A stretch of DNA of 64,000 nt from Candidatus Zixiibacteriota bacterium (GTDB lineage: Bacteria; Zixibacteria; MSB-5A5; GN15; FEB-12): assembly GCA_028289585.1 (NCBI GenBank), contig JANQPI010000029.1, forward strand, positions 12,169 through 76,168, in the 5' to 3' direction. The position numbers and the translations under genes are program-made. Below the pieces are notes generated by a model. The model made no database searches. It was given only the letters and a program-made list of their open reading frames with translations, and had not been told where the DNA came from. Positions 36,270-46,144 of this stretch are shown in pieces (the first letter of the stretch is position 1; every line of letters begins with the position of its first letter).

Positions 36270-39125
36270 ATGCGCACTTGTGGTACACATCTCATTATCG
36301 GACTCCTGCTCATCACGGGCATGGCCACGTCCGCTTCAGCTCGGGGACTGGTCCATCCGAATCTGACTAACCACTCGTCGCAGTTGCCGATGACGATTCT
36401 TGTGGAAGTCGAATCGACTCCCGGATCGCGCCAGCACCTGTCAGCCGCGATGTCCGCTCCGATCCGCACGGATCGCATGAAAGCGGTGCCGAGTGCCGCC
36501 CAGCAGGCCGCAGCCGGTCGCGATAGTCGATTCGTCCCCACCCTTCAGCAGTTTGCCACTGATTCGGTGCGTTCGTTCTGGGTCGCTCCGTTCTATGCTC
36601 TGACGATTAATCCTACCGATCTTGATCTCATCGCCAATCTCGACGGTGTCGTGGCGATCTACCCGAATGTTCCCCTTGAAGCAGTCGCTCCGGTGCGTGT
36701 TGAACCGTCGGGTTCGGCTGCCGGGATTGCTACCGAACTGACAGCGCTCAACGTTCCGGCAGTCTGGTCGCAGGGCTTCACTGGTCGTGGCCGTCTGGTC
36801 TGCTCGTTTGATACGGGTGTCGACGGAGATCATCCTGCCTTGACCAATCGTTGGCGTGGAAACAGCGCGTCTACCGATGCCAGCTGGTTTTCACCGTTGG
36901 CGTCAGCAACACTTCCCACTGACCGAACTGGTCATGGTACTCATACAATGGGAATCATGGTTGGGCGCGACGGTGACGATCGCTTTGGTGTCGCACCGGA
37001 TGCCGAGTGGATTTCCGCCGGCGTGATCGACCAGGGACGTTCTCTGGGCGTTACGATTGCTGACATTCTCGATGCGTTTCAGTGGGCGTTGAATCCGGAT
37101 GGTGATCTCACGACGACCGATGATGTCCCCGACGTGATTCTCAATAGCTGGGGAATTCCAGCCGGTATCTTCGCCGATTGTGACAATAGCTTCTGGGGTG
37201 CCATCGATCTCGTTGAAGCAGCGGGGATCGTCACGATCTTCGCAGCCGGCAACGAAGGTCCGCTGCCGCGCACGGTGCGGGATCCCGCTGATCGGGCCAG
37301 CTCACCGTTGAACGCTTTTTCGGTGGGAGCTGTCGATGCCGAAAGCAGCATCGCCTCGTTCTCGTCGCGGGGCCCGTCGCGCTGCAATCCCGAAGCGGTG
37401 AAACCAGAAGTCGTTGCTCCCGGTGTGTCGATTCGTTCCGCGACAAAGGACGGTGGATATGCGCTTATGAGTGGAACGTCGATGGCCGCGCCGTACATCG
37501 CGGGCCTTGTCGCGTTGGCTCGCGAAGCGTATCCCAACGCCTCGGTCCGTCGTATCAAAGAAGCGCTTATTGCCTCGGCTCAGGATCTCGGCGTACTCGG
37601 TGAAGACAATGCCTACGGCTGGGGGATGGTTGATGCCGCTCTCTTTCTGGAGCTACTCGATGATCCGGCACCAGTGTCGTTCTCGCTTCGTGAGGTTGCT
37701 TGGGAGAATGGTGCAATCGGTGCCCCGGGCTCCGAGATCGGTCTTGAGATCACGCTCGGCCAGTCCGGTGCGCATCTCTCAGCGGTTGCGGCTCGTCTAA
37801 CCAGCCTTGATGCGGAAGCTGCCGAGGTCCAGGGTGATTCGACGTCGTTCCTGTTTGGTCCCATCGGCTCAATCGCACAGACGTCCCAGCCTTTTGTCAT
37901 CACGCTGGCCGATACCCTGACGCACGGTCGGTCACTGGGCTTTGCTCTAAAGCTCTACCGCTCGACCGGAGAACTCATCGACTCGCTCACGTTCGAATTG
38001 GCTGCCGGCTACCCGGCGCCGGGGCTTCTGGGCGCCCATGAGTCAGGCGGTTTGGCCCTTTCCGTTTCGGATTTTGGTCAATTCGGGCTGGCTGCCGGCT
38101 CGCTCTATCCCGTCGGTGGCGAAGGTCTGCGCTTTGGTGGCTCGGATAATCTGCTCTACGAAGGCGCCATCTTTGTCGGCCGCTCGCCGCTCCAACTCGC
38201 GACCGCGACGCGTGGAGACGACGGTCGTTTCGCACCGTCTGACTTTGTCGCTACCGAGGCGCTTGCTACTGGTACCGGAGGTAGCTATCGGGCGACGATG
38301 AAAGACCAGGCGGCTCCGATCCCGATACCGATCACGATTCGTCAGGAGACTGAAGCTGACAGCGACGGTCGGTTCATTATTCTCAAGTATACGATCGTCA
38401 ACACCAGCCTGGAGATCATCTCGAATCTCGCTATGGGTTGTCTGTTTGACCTTGATATGCCTGGTGGAGACATCGTCGATTATGACGCCGTTGAAGGCAT
38501 GCTGACCATCAGAGGCGGGACCGGCCCAATCATCGGGCTGACAGCGCTCGAGAATGGCCGTCTCTTCCATCGGCTCGCAAATGGCAGCGAGAAGCTGGGG
38601 CTTTCCCGCGGCGATCTCTACTCCCTGTTGTCTGACAGTGTATCGCGCGATGATGCGGCGTCGGACGACGCTATGGTTAGTCTTACTTCCCAGCCGGTCA
38701 CCCTCCACCCCGGGGATTCCGCCACTGTCAGTTACGTCGTCCTGGGAGCCGATGACTTCGCGACTGTCTACGACAACCTGATTGCGGCACGGGAACGATA
38801 CCTCTCGCCGACCGACGTTGACGACGACAACCCGCTGGGGCTACCGGATGACTTCACGCTCCACGCCAACTATCCGAACCCGTTCAATCCGACGACCACG
38901 ATCAGCTGGTCGCTGCAGTCACGGGCGCGGGTCGAACTTACGGTCGTCAATCTGCTCGGTCAGACGGTGGCGACGCTGGCCGATGGCGAGTATCCGGCAG
39001 GGACGCATTCTCTGCGCTGGGACTCCCGCGACCAGTCCGGTCGCAGACTGGCCAGCGGTGTCTATTTTGCCCGGCTGACGACCCCGTCGGGGTCCGCTGT
39101 ACGAAAAATGATGCTTCTAAAATAG
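36270..39125 (+). CDS. Secreted S8 (subtilisin-like) serine protease with T9SS/FlgD-Ig C-terminal domain
   Basis: Signal peptide, prodomain, catalytic FDTG / HGTHTMG / GTSMA, and a CTD (ANYPNPFNP...LASGVYF..L). Confidence 0.93.
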   Translation: MRTCGTHLIIGLLLITGMATSASARGLVHPNLTNHSSQLPMTILVEVESTPGSRQHLSAAMSAPIRTDRMKAVPSAAQQAAAGRDSRFVPTLQQFATDSVRSFWVAPFYALTINPTDLDLIANLDGVVAIYPNVPLEAVAPVRVEPSGSAAGIATELTALNVPAVWSQGFTGRGRLVCSFDTGVDGDHPALTNRWRGNSASTDASWFSPLASATLPTDRTGHGTHTMGIMVGRDGDDRFGVAPDAEWISAGVIDQGRSLGVTIADILDAFQWALNPDGDLTTTDDVPDVILNSWGIPAGIFADCDNSFWGAIDLVEAAGIVTIFAAGNEGPLPRTVRDPADRASSPLNAFSVGAVDAESSIASFSSRGPSRCNPEAVKPEVVAPGVSIRSATKDGGYALMSGTSMAAPYIAGLVALAREAYPNASVRRIKEALIASAQDLGVLGEDNAYGWGMVDAALFLELLDDPAPVSFSLREVAWENGAIGAPGSEIGLEITLGQSGAHLSAVAARLTSLDAEAAEVQGDSTSFLFGPIGSIAQTSQPFVITLADTLTHGRSLGFALKLYRSTGELIDSLTFELAAGYPAPGLLGAHESGGLALSVSDFGQFGLAAGSLYPVGGEGLRFGGSDNLLYEGAIFVGRSPLQLATATRGDDGRFAPSDFVATEALATGTGGSYRATMKDQAAPIPIPITIRQETEADSDGRFIILKYTIVNTSLEIISNLAMGCLFDLDMPGGDIVDYDAVEGMLTIRGGTGPIIGLTALENGRLFHRLANGSEKLGLSRGDLYSLLSDSVSRDDAASDDAMVSLTSQPVTLHPGDSATVSYVVLGADDFATVYDNLIAARERYLSPTDVDDDNPLGLPDDFTLHANYPNPFNPTTTISWSLQSRARVELTVVNLLGQTVATLADGEYPAGTHSLRWDSRDQSGRRLASGVYFARLTTPSGSAVRKMMLLK

Positions 39126-39230
39126 AAGCGGCGTATACTGTTATGAGAACCGCCAGGGCACCTCACGCGTTTATATTATGAGAGCGCGATTCTACCCAAT
39201 TCGGACAGTTCAGATTTTCAGGAGATAGCT

Positions 39231-42071
39231 ATGCGCCTGCGTTTGCTCACGTTGATTGCCGCGACTGCGGTCCTTGTCTCAGTTGCGCCACGTGCTTTTG
39301 GCTGTGCACCATCCCCGGAAGCCGTCGAGAAGTGGGAGAAAGAGGGAGTCCTCGAAGAAAAGATGGCGGCGTGGCATAAGCATCACCCGGGTGGTTCTAA
39401 ACCGGCGACAACGCCTGCCCTGCCAACCCGAGCTGCTCGTGGTTTGGCGACCGCCGATGCTCCGGACACGATGTACGTGCCGGTTGTCCTGGTCGACTTC
39501 CCCGACTACAAATGGGATCAATCGACCTACACGGTCGGTAGTCAAACCGTCCTGACCGGAGGCGTGAGTGCCACGCCGGATGACTTCCAAGATCTTCTCT
39601 TTTCCCGGTCCGGTGAACCCGGCAACCCGCCGAACGGATCGTTTACCGACTTCTACTTCGAGGCATCGAACGGCAAGCTGGTCGTCATCGGTGACATCTT
39701 TGGCTGGCATACCGCACCCAACAATTACGAGACGTACGTTCAAGGAGCAGCAAACGGACTCTCGGGAGGCGGCGCCGACCTCGCCTACGACGCTGTCTGG
39801 CTGGCGAAGAATGAAGGTGGTGCGGACTTCTCAAAGTACGACAATAACAACAACGGGATCGTTGAAGGGTTGATCGTCATCCATGCCGGTCCGGGTGCGG
39901 AAACGGGTGCCTATGGCATTTGGTCGCACCGGTCCGTCTTCAGCCCGGCGCACCAGTACGATGGCGTCACGATTTCTGACTACACGATGAACCCTGAAGA
40001 GTACTCAGGCAACATCACGACGATCGGTGTGATCTGCCACGAATTCGGTCACGCTCTTGGACTCCCTGATCTCTATGATCTGAATCCGAATCAGAGCCTG
40101 CGACGCGGTGGTATCGGTCGGTGGTCGGTAATGGCGTCGGGCAGCTGGAATGGCAACGGTGGTGACATTCCGTCGCAGTTTGATGCGTGGAGTCGGTTCC
40201 AGCTGAATCAGTTCAACAACACTGACGTTTTCGGCGAGGTTATCGTCGTCGAAAGTAACATGGGGCAGGTTGAGATTCCGGCCGCGACGTCTAATGCCGT
40301 AACGTACGCCCTCCGCGATCGCAATGATCCAATAGCGACTGACGTTTGGTTTGTCGAAAATCGTCAGCGGGAAGGGTTCGATGCGGCGCTTCCGGGTGAG
40401 GGACTTTTCATTTGGCACTGGGACCGTGAAGTGACGCGTCAAGATAACGCGAATCGCTACATGGTCGGCCTTGAACAAGCTGATGGGCTCTTTCAGCTCG
40501 AGAACAGCGGCGGCGGCGGCGATTCCGGCGATCCGTTCCCGGGCGGGACGAATAACCGGGAGTTTTCGGTGTTTACGAATCCGTCGGCGATTAGCTGGAA
40601 CGGCGACTCGACCCAGGTTTCGGTCGACAACATTTCGGACAATGGTCCGGTGATGTACGCCGATCTGAATATCTCCTACAATCGTGCCCGCATCGTCTTG
40701 ATCGACGAGCCCGACTCAGTTCAGTTCCTCGATGCCGCGCCCGGCGGCAACGCCAATGGCGTTCTGGAAGCCGGGGAGACGATCTCCTTCGATATGGGCG
40801 TGCGCAACATCGCCCTCGCGGGTAACTTCGGAAAAGTCACGGTGACGCCAAGCAATCCCGCTATTGTCATGTCCAACAATGGCGAGATGAAGATGGACAA
40901 GGTCTTCAACACCGTCTTCGACGAGATCCGTCTTGACGAGCCGTTGACGTTTACCATCCCTACCGACTGGGCGTCACAGAATGTGACGTTCAACGTTGTT
41001 CTTGCCATCGACTCCGTATTCAATCCTGAACCGACGACCGGCGAGTGGGAATTCGAGTTTAACTTCACCCGCCTGCTTGGCCGTCCGCAGGTGCTGATTG
41101 TTGATGATGATGCCTCGACGGCGTCGAACAAAATCGCCGCACTGATGGATCGCATCAATCGTCCGTATGGGATGCACGTCAAAGACGTATCAGGCTCCCC
41201 GGACTTCTCGACACTGTCGAGTTATCCGATCGTGCTCTGGCACACTGGCACCAACCAGCCAGGGCAGGGGGGAACGTTGACGTCCGCCGATATCAGCGCT
41301 CTGAAGCAGTACCTCGACAACGGAGGTTCACTTATTCTCTCGACCCTCGATGGGATCGGTGAGATGGAGGCAATCGATGCTGATTTCGTGACGTCGTATC
41401 TGCGCGTCCTTCCGGATAGTCAGGTCTTCCGTCAGGTCTTCCGCGGTGTCGATTCCGATCCGATCTCCGATGGCCTCGTCTATCAGCTGTCATCGGGAGC
41501 GACCGGTTTTCATCGGATCATCAATCCGGGAACCGATGCCCGGACGGTCTTTGACCTTGTGGACAATCCGATCGCGACGGAGAGCCGTGGTTCGATCGGT
41601 GTGGTCTACGAAAGTTCGTCGTATCGGACGATGGTTCTGACCTTTGCGTTGGAATTCGCCAGCCCGGGTTCTGGCAGTTTCCCGCTCGATACGTTAGTTG
41701 ATCGTGTCATCGCCGAGTTTGCTCGCGGCGCGGCAACGGATGTCGATGATGACAACACGGGTACCGTGTTGCCGCGCAGCTTTACCCTTGATCAGAACTA
41801 CCCGAATCCGTTCAACCCGACCACGACGATCAGCTACACGATCGGCAGTGACAGCGAAACCGGTCGTCCGGCCCGGGTGCTGCTTGAGGTGTTCAACGTC
41901 CTCGGTCAGCGGATCACGACTCTCGTCGATCGCGTCCAGCCTCCGGGGAGCTACTCGGTAGACTGGAATGGCCGTTCTGACGACGGTACGGTGGCCGCCA
42001 CGGGCATCTACTTCTATCGACTGCAGTTCGACGGTGCGAGTCAGGCGCGCAAAATGGTGCTGCTCAAGTAA
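39231..42071 (+). CDS. Secreted M6 (immune inhibitor A-like) metalloprotease with T9SS/FlgD-Ig C-terminal domain
   Basis: VVLVDFPD, IVIHAGPGAE, HEFGHALGLPDLYD, WSVMASGSW, ENRQ..GFD and CTD QNYPNPFNP...ATGIYFY. Confidence 0.93.
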   Translation: MRLRLLTLIAATAVLVSVAPRAFGCAPSPEAVEKWEKEGVLEEKMAAWHKHHPGGSKPATTPALPTRAARGLATADAPDTMYVPVVLVDFPDYKWDQSTYTVGSQTVLTGGVSATPDDFQDLLFSRSGEPGNPPNGSFTDFYFEASNGKLVVIGDIFGWHTAPNNYETYVQGAANGLSGGGADLAYDAVWLAKNEGGADFSKYDNNNNGIVEGLIVIHAGPGAETGAYGIWSHRSVFSPAHQYDGVTISDYTMNPEEYSGNITTIGVICHEFGHALGLPDLYDLNPNQSLRRGGIGRWSVMASGSWNGNGGDIPSQFDAWSRFQLNQFNNTDVFGEVIVVESNMGQVEIPAATSNAVTYALRDRNDPIATDVWFVENRQREGFDAALPGEGLFIWHWDREVTRQDNANRYMVGLEQADGLFQLENSGGGGDSGDPFPGGTNNREFSVFTNPSAISWNGDSTQVSVDNISDNGPVMYADLNISYNRARIVLIDEPDSVQFLDAAPGGNANGVLEAGETISFDMGVRNIALAGNFGKVTVTPSNPAIVMSNNGEMKMDKVFNTVFDEIRLDEPLTFTIPTDWASQNVTFNVVLAIDSVFNPEPTTGEWEFEFNFTRLLGRPQVLIVDDDASTASNKIAALMDRINRPYGMHVKDVSGSPDFSTLSSYPIVLWHTGTNQPGQGGTLTSADISALKQYLDNGGSLILSTLDGIGEMEAIDADFVTSYLRVLPDSQVFRQVFRGVDSDPISDGLVYQLSSGATGFHRIINPGTDARTVFDLVDNPIATESRGSIGVVYESSSYRTMVLTFALEFASPGSGSFPLDTLVDRVIAEFARGAATDVDDDNTGTVLPRSFTLDQNYPNPFNPTTTISYTIGSDSETGRPARVLLEVFNVLGQRITTLVDRVQPPGSYSVDWNGRSDDGTVAATGIYFYRLQFDGASQARKMVLLK

Positions 42072-42101
42072 CAGCGCGTCCCCCTCTTGAAAACCAAGCC
42101 T

Positions 42102-42138
42102 ACGGCCCGGTGATGTGATCACCGGGCCGTTTCTCTTT
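42102..42138 (+). terminator. Intrinsic terminator after the M6 protease gene
   Basis: 13-bp stem ACGGCCCGGTGAT-GTG-ATCACCGGGCCGT followed by TTCTCTTT. Confidence 0.87.
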
Positions 42139-42141
42139 CGC

Positions 42142-42185
42142 TTGACTTTGCCTGTTGCCGCCGCTTATTGAAAGTCGATTTCAAT
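42142..42185 (+). promoter_or_regulatory. Sigma70 promoter with overlapping Fur-type operator
   Basis: TTGACT (42142-42147), 18 nt, TATTGA. The 19-bp dyad ATTGAAAGTCGATTTCAAT (42167-42185) overlaps the -10. Confidence 0.7.
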
Positions 42186-42196
42186 TAGGGGTAGTG

Positions 42197-42628
42197 ATGC
42201 GAGAGTTTCTGCGGACCAAAGGTCTGCGCATGACACCGCAGCGAGAGTTGGTCTTTAAAACCTTCTTCGGTGCTGAACGGCATGTGTCACTCGACGAGCT
42301 GTACGAGATGATCTGTCAGAAGGACAGTTCCATTGGCTATGCCACTGTGTGGCGAAACCTCAAATTGATATGTGAACTTGGTTTGGCCGAAGAAGTAACG
42401 GTTGGTGATGGTATCACGCGCTATGCTCAGGTCACACAACGACCGCAGGCACACTTCTACTGCGGAGATTGCCGGTACTTCGTGGAACTTGATGCCACCG
42501 ATATCGTCCCGTTGGTTCGCGAGCGAGCCCGTGCTGCCGGCCTGGTGCCGCACACGATTCGTATTGAGCTGCAAGGACGATGTGAGTCATGCCCCTTTGA
42601 CAACTCCTTACCGGAGATGCAACGATGA
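42197..42628 (+). CDS. fur: Fur family transcriptional repressor
   Basis: GLRMTPQRE, IGYATVWRNL, HFYCGDC and C-terminal CESC. ATG at 42197 follows the operator. Confidence 0.88.
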   Translation: MREFLRTKGLRMTPQRELVFKTFFGAERHVSLDELYEMICQKDSSIGYATVWRNLKLICELGLAEEVTVGDGITRYAQVTQRPQAHFYCGDCRYFVELDATDIVPLVRERARAAGLVPHTIRIELQGRCESCPFDNSLPEMQR

Positions 42629-42671
42629 GTCAATTGGTTACCGGTTGGGGTGAGCAGGAGAGTACTCGGTA

Positions 42672-42956
42672 ATGGTCGTAACTCTTGACACTGCGAATCG
42701 CAATCTGGGCGCAGCAGTTCGTCTTGATCAGCTGAAGCCAGGCGATGCTGGTGTTGTCGTTGAGGTTACGACCACCGACCTCCGAGCGCGTCGACTCATC
42801 GAACTCGGTCTGGCTCCCGGACGCCGCATTCGCTTTGTGCAGCGGGCACCTCTCCTTGATCCGATTCTCGTGCAGGTCGGTGAGGGTGTCTATTCTCTGC
42901 GGCGAGACGATGCCGCATACCTGATGGTTCTCCCCGATTCTCCGGTGCATGACTGA
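42672..42956 (+). CDS. feoA: Ferrous iron transport protein A
   Basis: LDQLKPG, RRLIELGLAPG, APLLDP and SLRRDDA. Confidence 0.92.
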   Translation: MVVTLDTANRNLGAAVRLDQLKPGDAGVVVEVTTTDLRARRLIELGLAPGRRIRFVQRAPLLDPILVQVGEGVYSLRRDDAAYLMVLPDSPVHD

Positions 42957-45171
42957 TTCGTCCGTAGCTGCCGCCCGCACGTCACTCACAATTGCGCTCT
43001 GCGGCAATCCCAACAGCGGTAAGACAACCGTGTTCAATGCTCTTACTGGATCTCAGCGGAAGGTTGCCAACTATCCAGGGGTCACGGTTGAACGCGTTTC
43101 TGGGACAATCACAGGTCTCGCTGGTACATCGCCACAAATGACGCTTGTTGACATTCCGGGTACCTATTCATTGGCGGCGGCATCGCCGGATGAGGCCATC
43201 GCTACGGCGGCAATCGTCGGCCCAAGCGATGAGCCGACTCCTGATGCTATCATCGCGGTCGTCGATGCGACTACGTTGGAGCGTGGACTCTATCTGGTGA
43301 ACCATCTGCTGACCGTTGGCCGCCCGGTTATTGTTGCCATAAACATGACCGATCTCGCGGCCGAGCGCGGCATTGACATTGACACGAAACGACTTTCTCA
43401 GGAACTGGGGGAGACCCCCGTTGTCGCCCTGGTTGCCAGTCGTGGCCGGGGCATTGATGAGCTGCGCCGCGAGCTGGATCGTCTGGACCGTGAGACTTCC
43501 ACATCGAACGCTGTCTACAGTGAGTCGATTGCAAGCCAGATTGAGTCTTTGCGTGCTATCGACTCCGACACCTCGCGGTCCGATGCATACTATGCGCGGC
43601 TTCTGTTTGATCACGATACGTCGGCTGAGGCTGCCTGGCGAAAGCGGACGGGAGCCTCGGGCGCCGAAGCACTGGAGCAGGCGCGAGGAGCGCTGGGGAG
43701 ATCGCCGGAACTGATTGGTCGTGTTGAAAGCGATCACCTCGCGCAGCGTTCGGCGGCAATCGCCGCTACGGTGAGTCGGACCGATGAACGCACCGGCCAT
43801 TCGTGGACTGCGCGGGTGGATCGTGTCCTGCTCCACCCGGTGGCCGGACCGGTCCTTCTTCTGCTCATCATGGCATCGACATTCCAGGCGATTTTCGCCT
43901 GGGCGGAGCCGCTCATGACAGTTATCGATAACGGTTTTGGAGCTCTGGGTGACTTTGTCGGTGGGCTGCTGCCTCCGGGACCGATTCAGTCGTTGCTTGT
44001 CGACGGTGTAATCGGTGGTGTGGGATCGGTAATCATCTTCCTTCCTCAGATCATTATTCTATTTGTCATTCTCAGCGTGCTCGAAGCATCCGGCTACCTC
44101 CCGCGGGCAGCGTTCCTGGTCGATCGCTTGTTTAGCTGGTGTGGCCTTTCGGGCAAATCGCTCATTCCCTTGCTTACGTCCTACGCCTGCGCAATACCGG
44201 GAATCATGGCAACGCGAACGATTGAAGATCGACGGGTTCGGCTACTGACGATTATGGTCGCCCCACTGATGTCGTGTGCGGCGCGACTTCCGGTCTACAC
44301 GATCATGATTGCGGCATTCATACCGCCGACAACGGTTGCGGGTATTTTCAATCTTCAGGGTCTTACGCTGCTCACGCTCTATCTCCTGGGACTGGTTGTC
44401 GCGGTCGCCATTGCGTTTATCGTTTCGCGACTGCGGGGAGAGACGAAGCAGTCATCGTTTTTGATGGAGATTCCGCCTTACCGCCGGCCGCAGATTGGTC
44501 AGCTTGCTCGTCGCGTTGCGGGGCAGGCGAGATTATTCCTGGTCAATGCCGGGACCGTGATCTTTGCGATGACTGTCATCATCTGGGCACTGGCTTACTA
44601 TCCACAGTCGAGTGACATACGTCAGTCGTTCGCGGAAGAGCGGGAGTCGTTGGCGGTCCTCCACGACTCGGGCAAGCTTACGGAGACCGAGTTAACCTCC
44701 CGCGTTGAGGTGCTGGATCAGGAAGAAGCCGGGGCATTACTGCGGGATTCGTATTTCGGCCGTGTTGGACGGGCGCTCGAACCGGTCTTTCGACCGCTTG
44801 GCTGGGACTGGAAAATCACCATGGCGGCACTCGCATCGTTTCCCGCCCGAGAGGTGATCATCGCCACGCTGGGGACGATCTACAATTTAGGACCGGAGAC
44901 CGACGAGACGTCGACCTCTCTGGTCGAACGAATGCGAAACGCCACATGGGACAGTGGTCCCCGTCTTGGCGAACCCGTCTTTTCGCCTGCGGTAGCCTTG
45001 TCGATCATGGTCTTCTTCGCGCTCTGTTGCCAGTGTGGAGCTACTGTCGCCACGATTCGTCAGGAAACCGGGGGATGGGGTTGGGCCGGGCTCGCATTTG
45101 GATACATGACTGCCATGGCCTATGTTGGAGCGCTCGTTGTGTATCAAGTTGGGAGTCGACTCGGATGGTAG
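42949..45171 (+). CDS. feoB: Ferrous iron transport protein B
   Basis: GNPNSGKT, VANYPGVTVE, DIPGTYS, NMTD and a membrane domain with SGYLPRAA, CAARLPVY and CCQC. Confidence 0.96.
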   Translation: MTDSSVAAARTSLTIALCGNPNSGKTTVFNALTGSQRKVANYPGVTVERVSGTITGLAGTSPQMTLVDIPGTYSLAAASPDEAIATAAIVGPSDEPTPDAIIAVVDATTLERGLYLVNHLLTVGRPVIVAINMTDLAAERGIDIDTKRLSQELGETPVVALVASRGRGIDELRRELDRLDRETSTSNAVYSESIASQIESLRAIDSDTSRSDAYYARLLFDHDTSAEAAWRKRTGASGAEALEQARGALGRSPELIGRVESDHLAQRSAAIAATVSRTDERTGHSWTARVDRVLLHPVAGPVLLLLIMASTFQAIFAWAEPLMTVIDNGFGALGDFVGGLLPPGPIQSLLVDGVIGGVGSVIIFLPQIIILFVILSVLEASGYLPRAAFLVDRLFSWCGLSGKSLIPLLTSYACAIPGIMATRTIEDRRVRLLTIMVAPLMSCAARLPVYTIMIAAFIPPTTVAGIFNLQGLTLLTLYLLGLVVAVAIAFIVSRLRGETKQSSFLMEIPPYRRPQIGQLARRVAGQARLFLVNAGTVIFAMTVIIWALAYYPQSSDIRQSFAEERESLAVLHDSGKLTETELTSRVEVLDQEEAGALLRDSYFGRVGRALEPVFRPLGWDWKITMAALASFPAREVIIATLGTIYNLGPETDETSTSLVERMRNATWDSGPRLGEPVFSPAVALSIMVFFALCCQCGATVATIRQETGGWGWAGLAFGYMTAMAYVGALVVYQVGSRLGW

Positions 45172-45335
45172 CTGACCTCTGGCAGCATATTCTCGTGGCG
45201 ATAGTCATTCTCAGTGCGATCGGGTGGCTCGTCTATCGCTACCGACAGCACCGCAAGGTGGCGACAGCTTGTGACTCTTGTGCCGCGATGAAGGCGGTCA
45301 GGCGCCGGGCGTCGGGTGATGACCTCGGCTCGTGA
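45165..45335 (+). CDS. FeoB-associated Cys-rich small membrane protein
   Basis: 56 aa from ATG 45165 overlapping the feoB end; one TM followed by CDSC. Confidence 0.75.
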   Translation: MVADLWQHILVAIVILSAIGWLVYRYRQHRKVATACDSCAAMKAVRRRASGDDLGS

Positions 45336-46144
45336 CGGCTACCGTCACTCAAACCCCATCGATGCTAACTGCCTCCGACCGTGAAGTCGGCTCTCTGGCG
45401 CGACTGCTGTTACTGGTGGCCGTGCTTGGAGCCACCCTGCTCGCCGCATCGAGTCGATTCCCGGCCCTCATCCTTGGTCTAACGCTTGTTTTCGGATCAC
45501 TTAACTCGGCTCGTCGCCGAGCGATTCTCCGGGCCCTGCCACCCGTTCTGATGATCTCAGTGATCACGACCGCATGGCACCTTCTATTTGGTCGCCGGAT
45601 CGGTGTGGAGGTCGTCTCCTGGGGTATCCTGAGCATCGATGCTGCGGGGATCGCGGACGCCCTCTACTATTCTCTACGAGTTGCGCTGTTTGTCATCGCC
45701 ACCGCTGTCGTCACCGCCGGTATGCCACCCGGGGCTTTTGGGGAAACCATAGCTCAACTCCTGTGGCCGTTGCGCCGGGTGTCACCGTTCTTCGGAGATC
45801 TCATTCTGACCTTGCGGCTATCGTTGCGCTTTGTGCCGATCCTGGCCCGCGAGTACGAATCGATTCGCGATGCTCAGCGATTGCGGGGAGTCGGTAATCA
45901 GCGTTCCTGGTGGCGACGGCTGGTCGATATTCGTTACCTGCTGCTGCCGGTCTTTCTCTCGGCATTGAATCGGGCTGATCGTGTGACCGTTGCGGTTGAA
46001 GCCCGCGGCTACGATCCGGTGCGTCAAACGCTCTTCATTCGTCAGCCGTGGAAGGCCGCTGACACCGCCGCTGTCGTTTCCGGAGTTGTACTTCTCGCCG
46101 TCCTGTGGTGGAGCGTCGAGCGGGGGGGCGTGTGGCCCGCCTGA
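45332..46144 (+). CDS. ecfT: ECF transporter transmembrane component (EcfT/CbiQ family)
   Basis: Five TMs, LRFVPIL, DAQRLRG and AVEARGY (two conserved Arg motifs). Confidence 0.85.
   Translation: MTATVTQTPSMLTASDREVGSLARLLLLVAVLGATLLAASSRFPALILGLTLVFGSLNSARRRAILRALPPVLMISVITTAWHLLFGRRIGVEVVSWGILSIDAAGIADALYYSLRVALFVIATAVVTAGMPPGAFGETIAQLLWPLRRVSPFFGDLILTLRLSLRFVPILAREYESIRDAQRLRGVGNQRSWWRRLVDIRYLLLPVFLSALNRADRVTVAVEARGYDPVRQTLFIRQPWKAADTAAVVSGVVLLAVLWWSVERGGVWPA

Noticed and set aside
39155-39172. GGGCAC motif upstream of the M6 protease as a second sigma54 promoter
   Set aside because: No GC at the -12 position at the required spacing.
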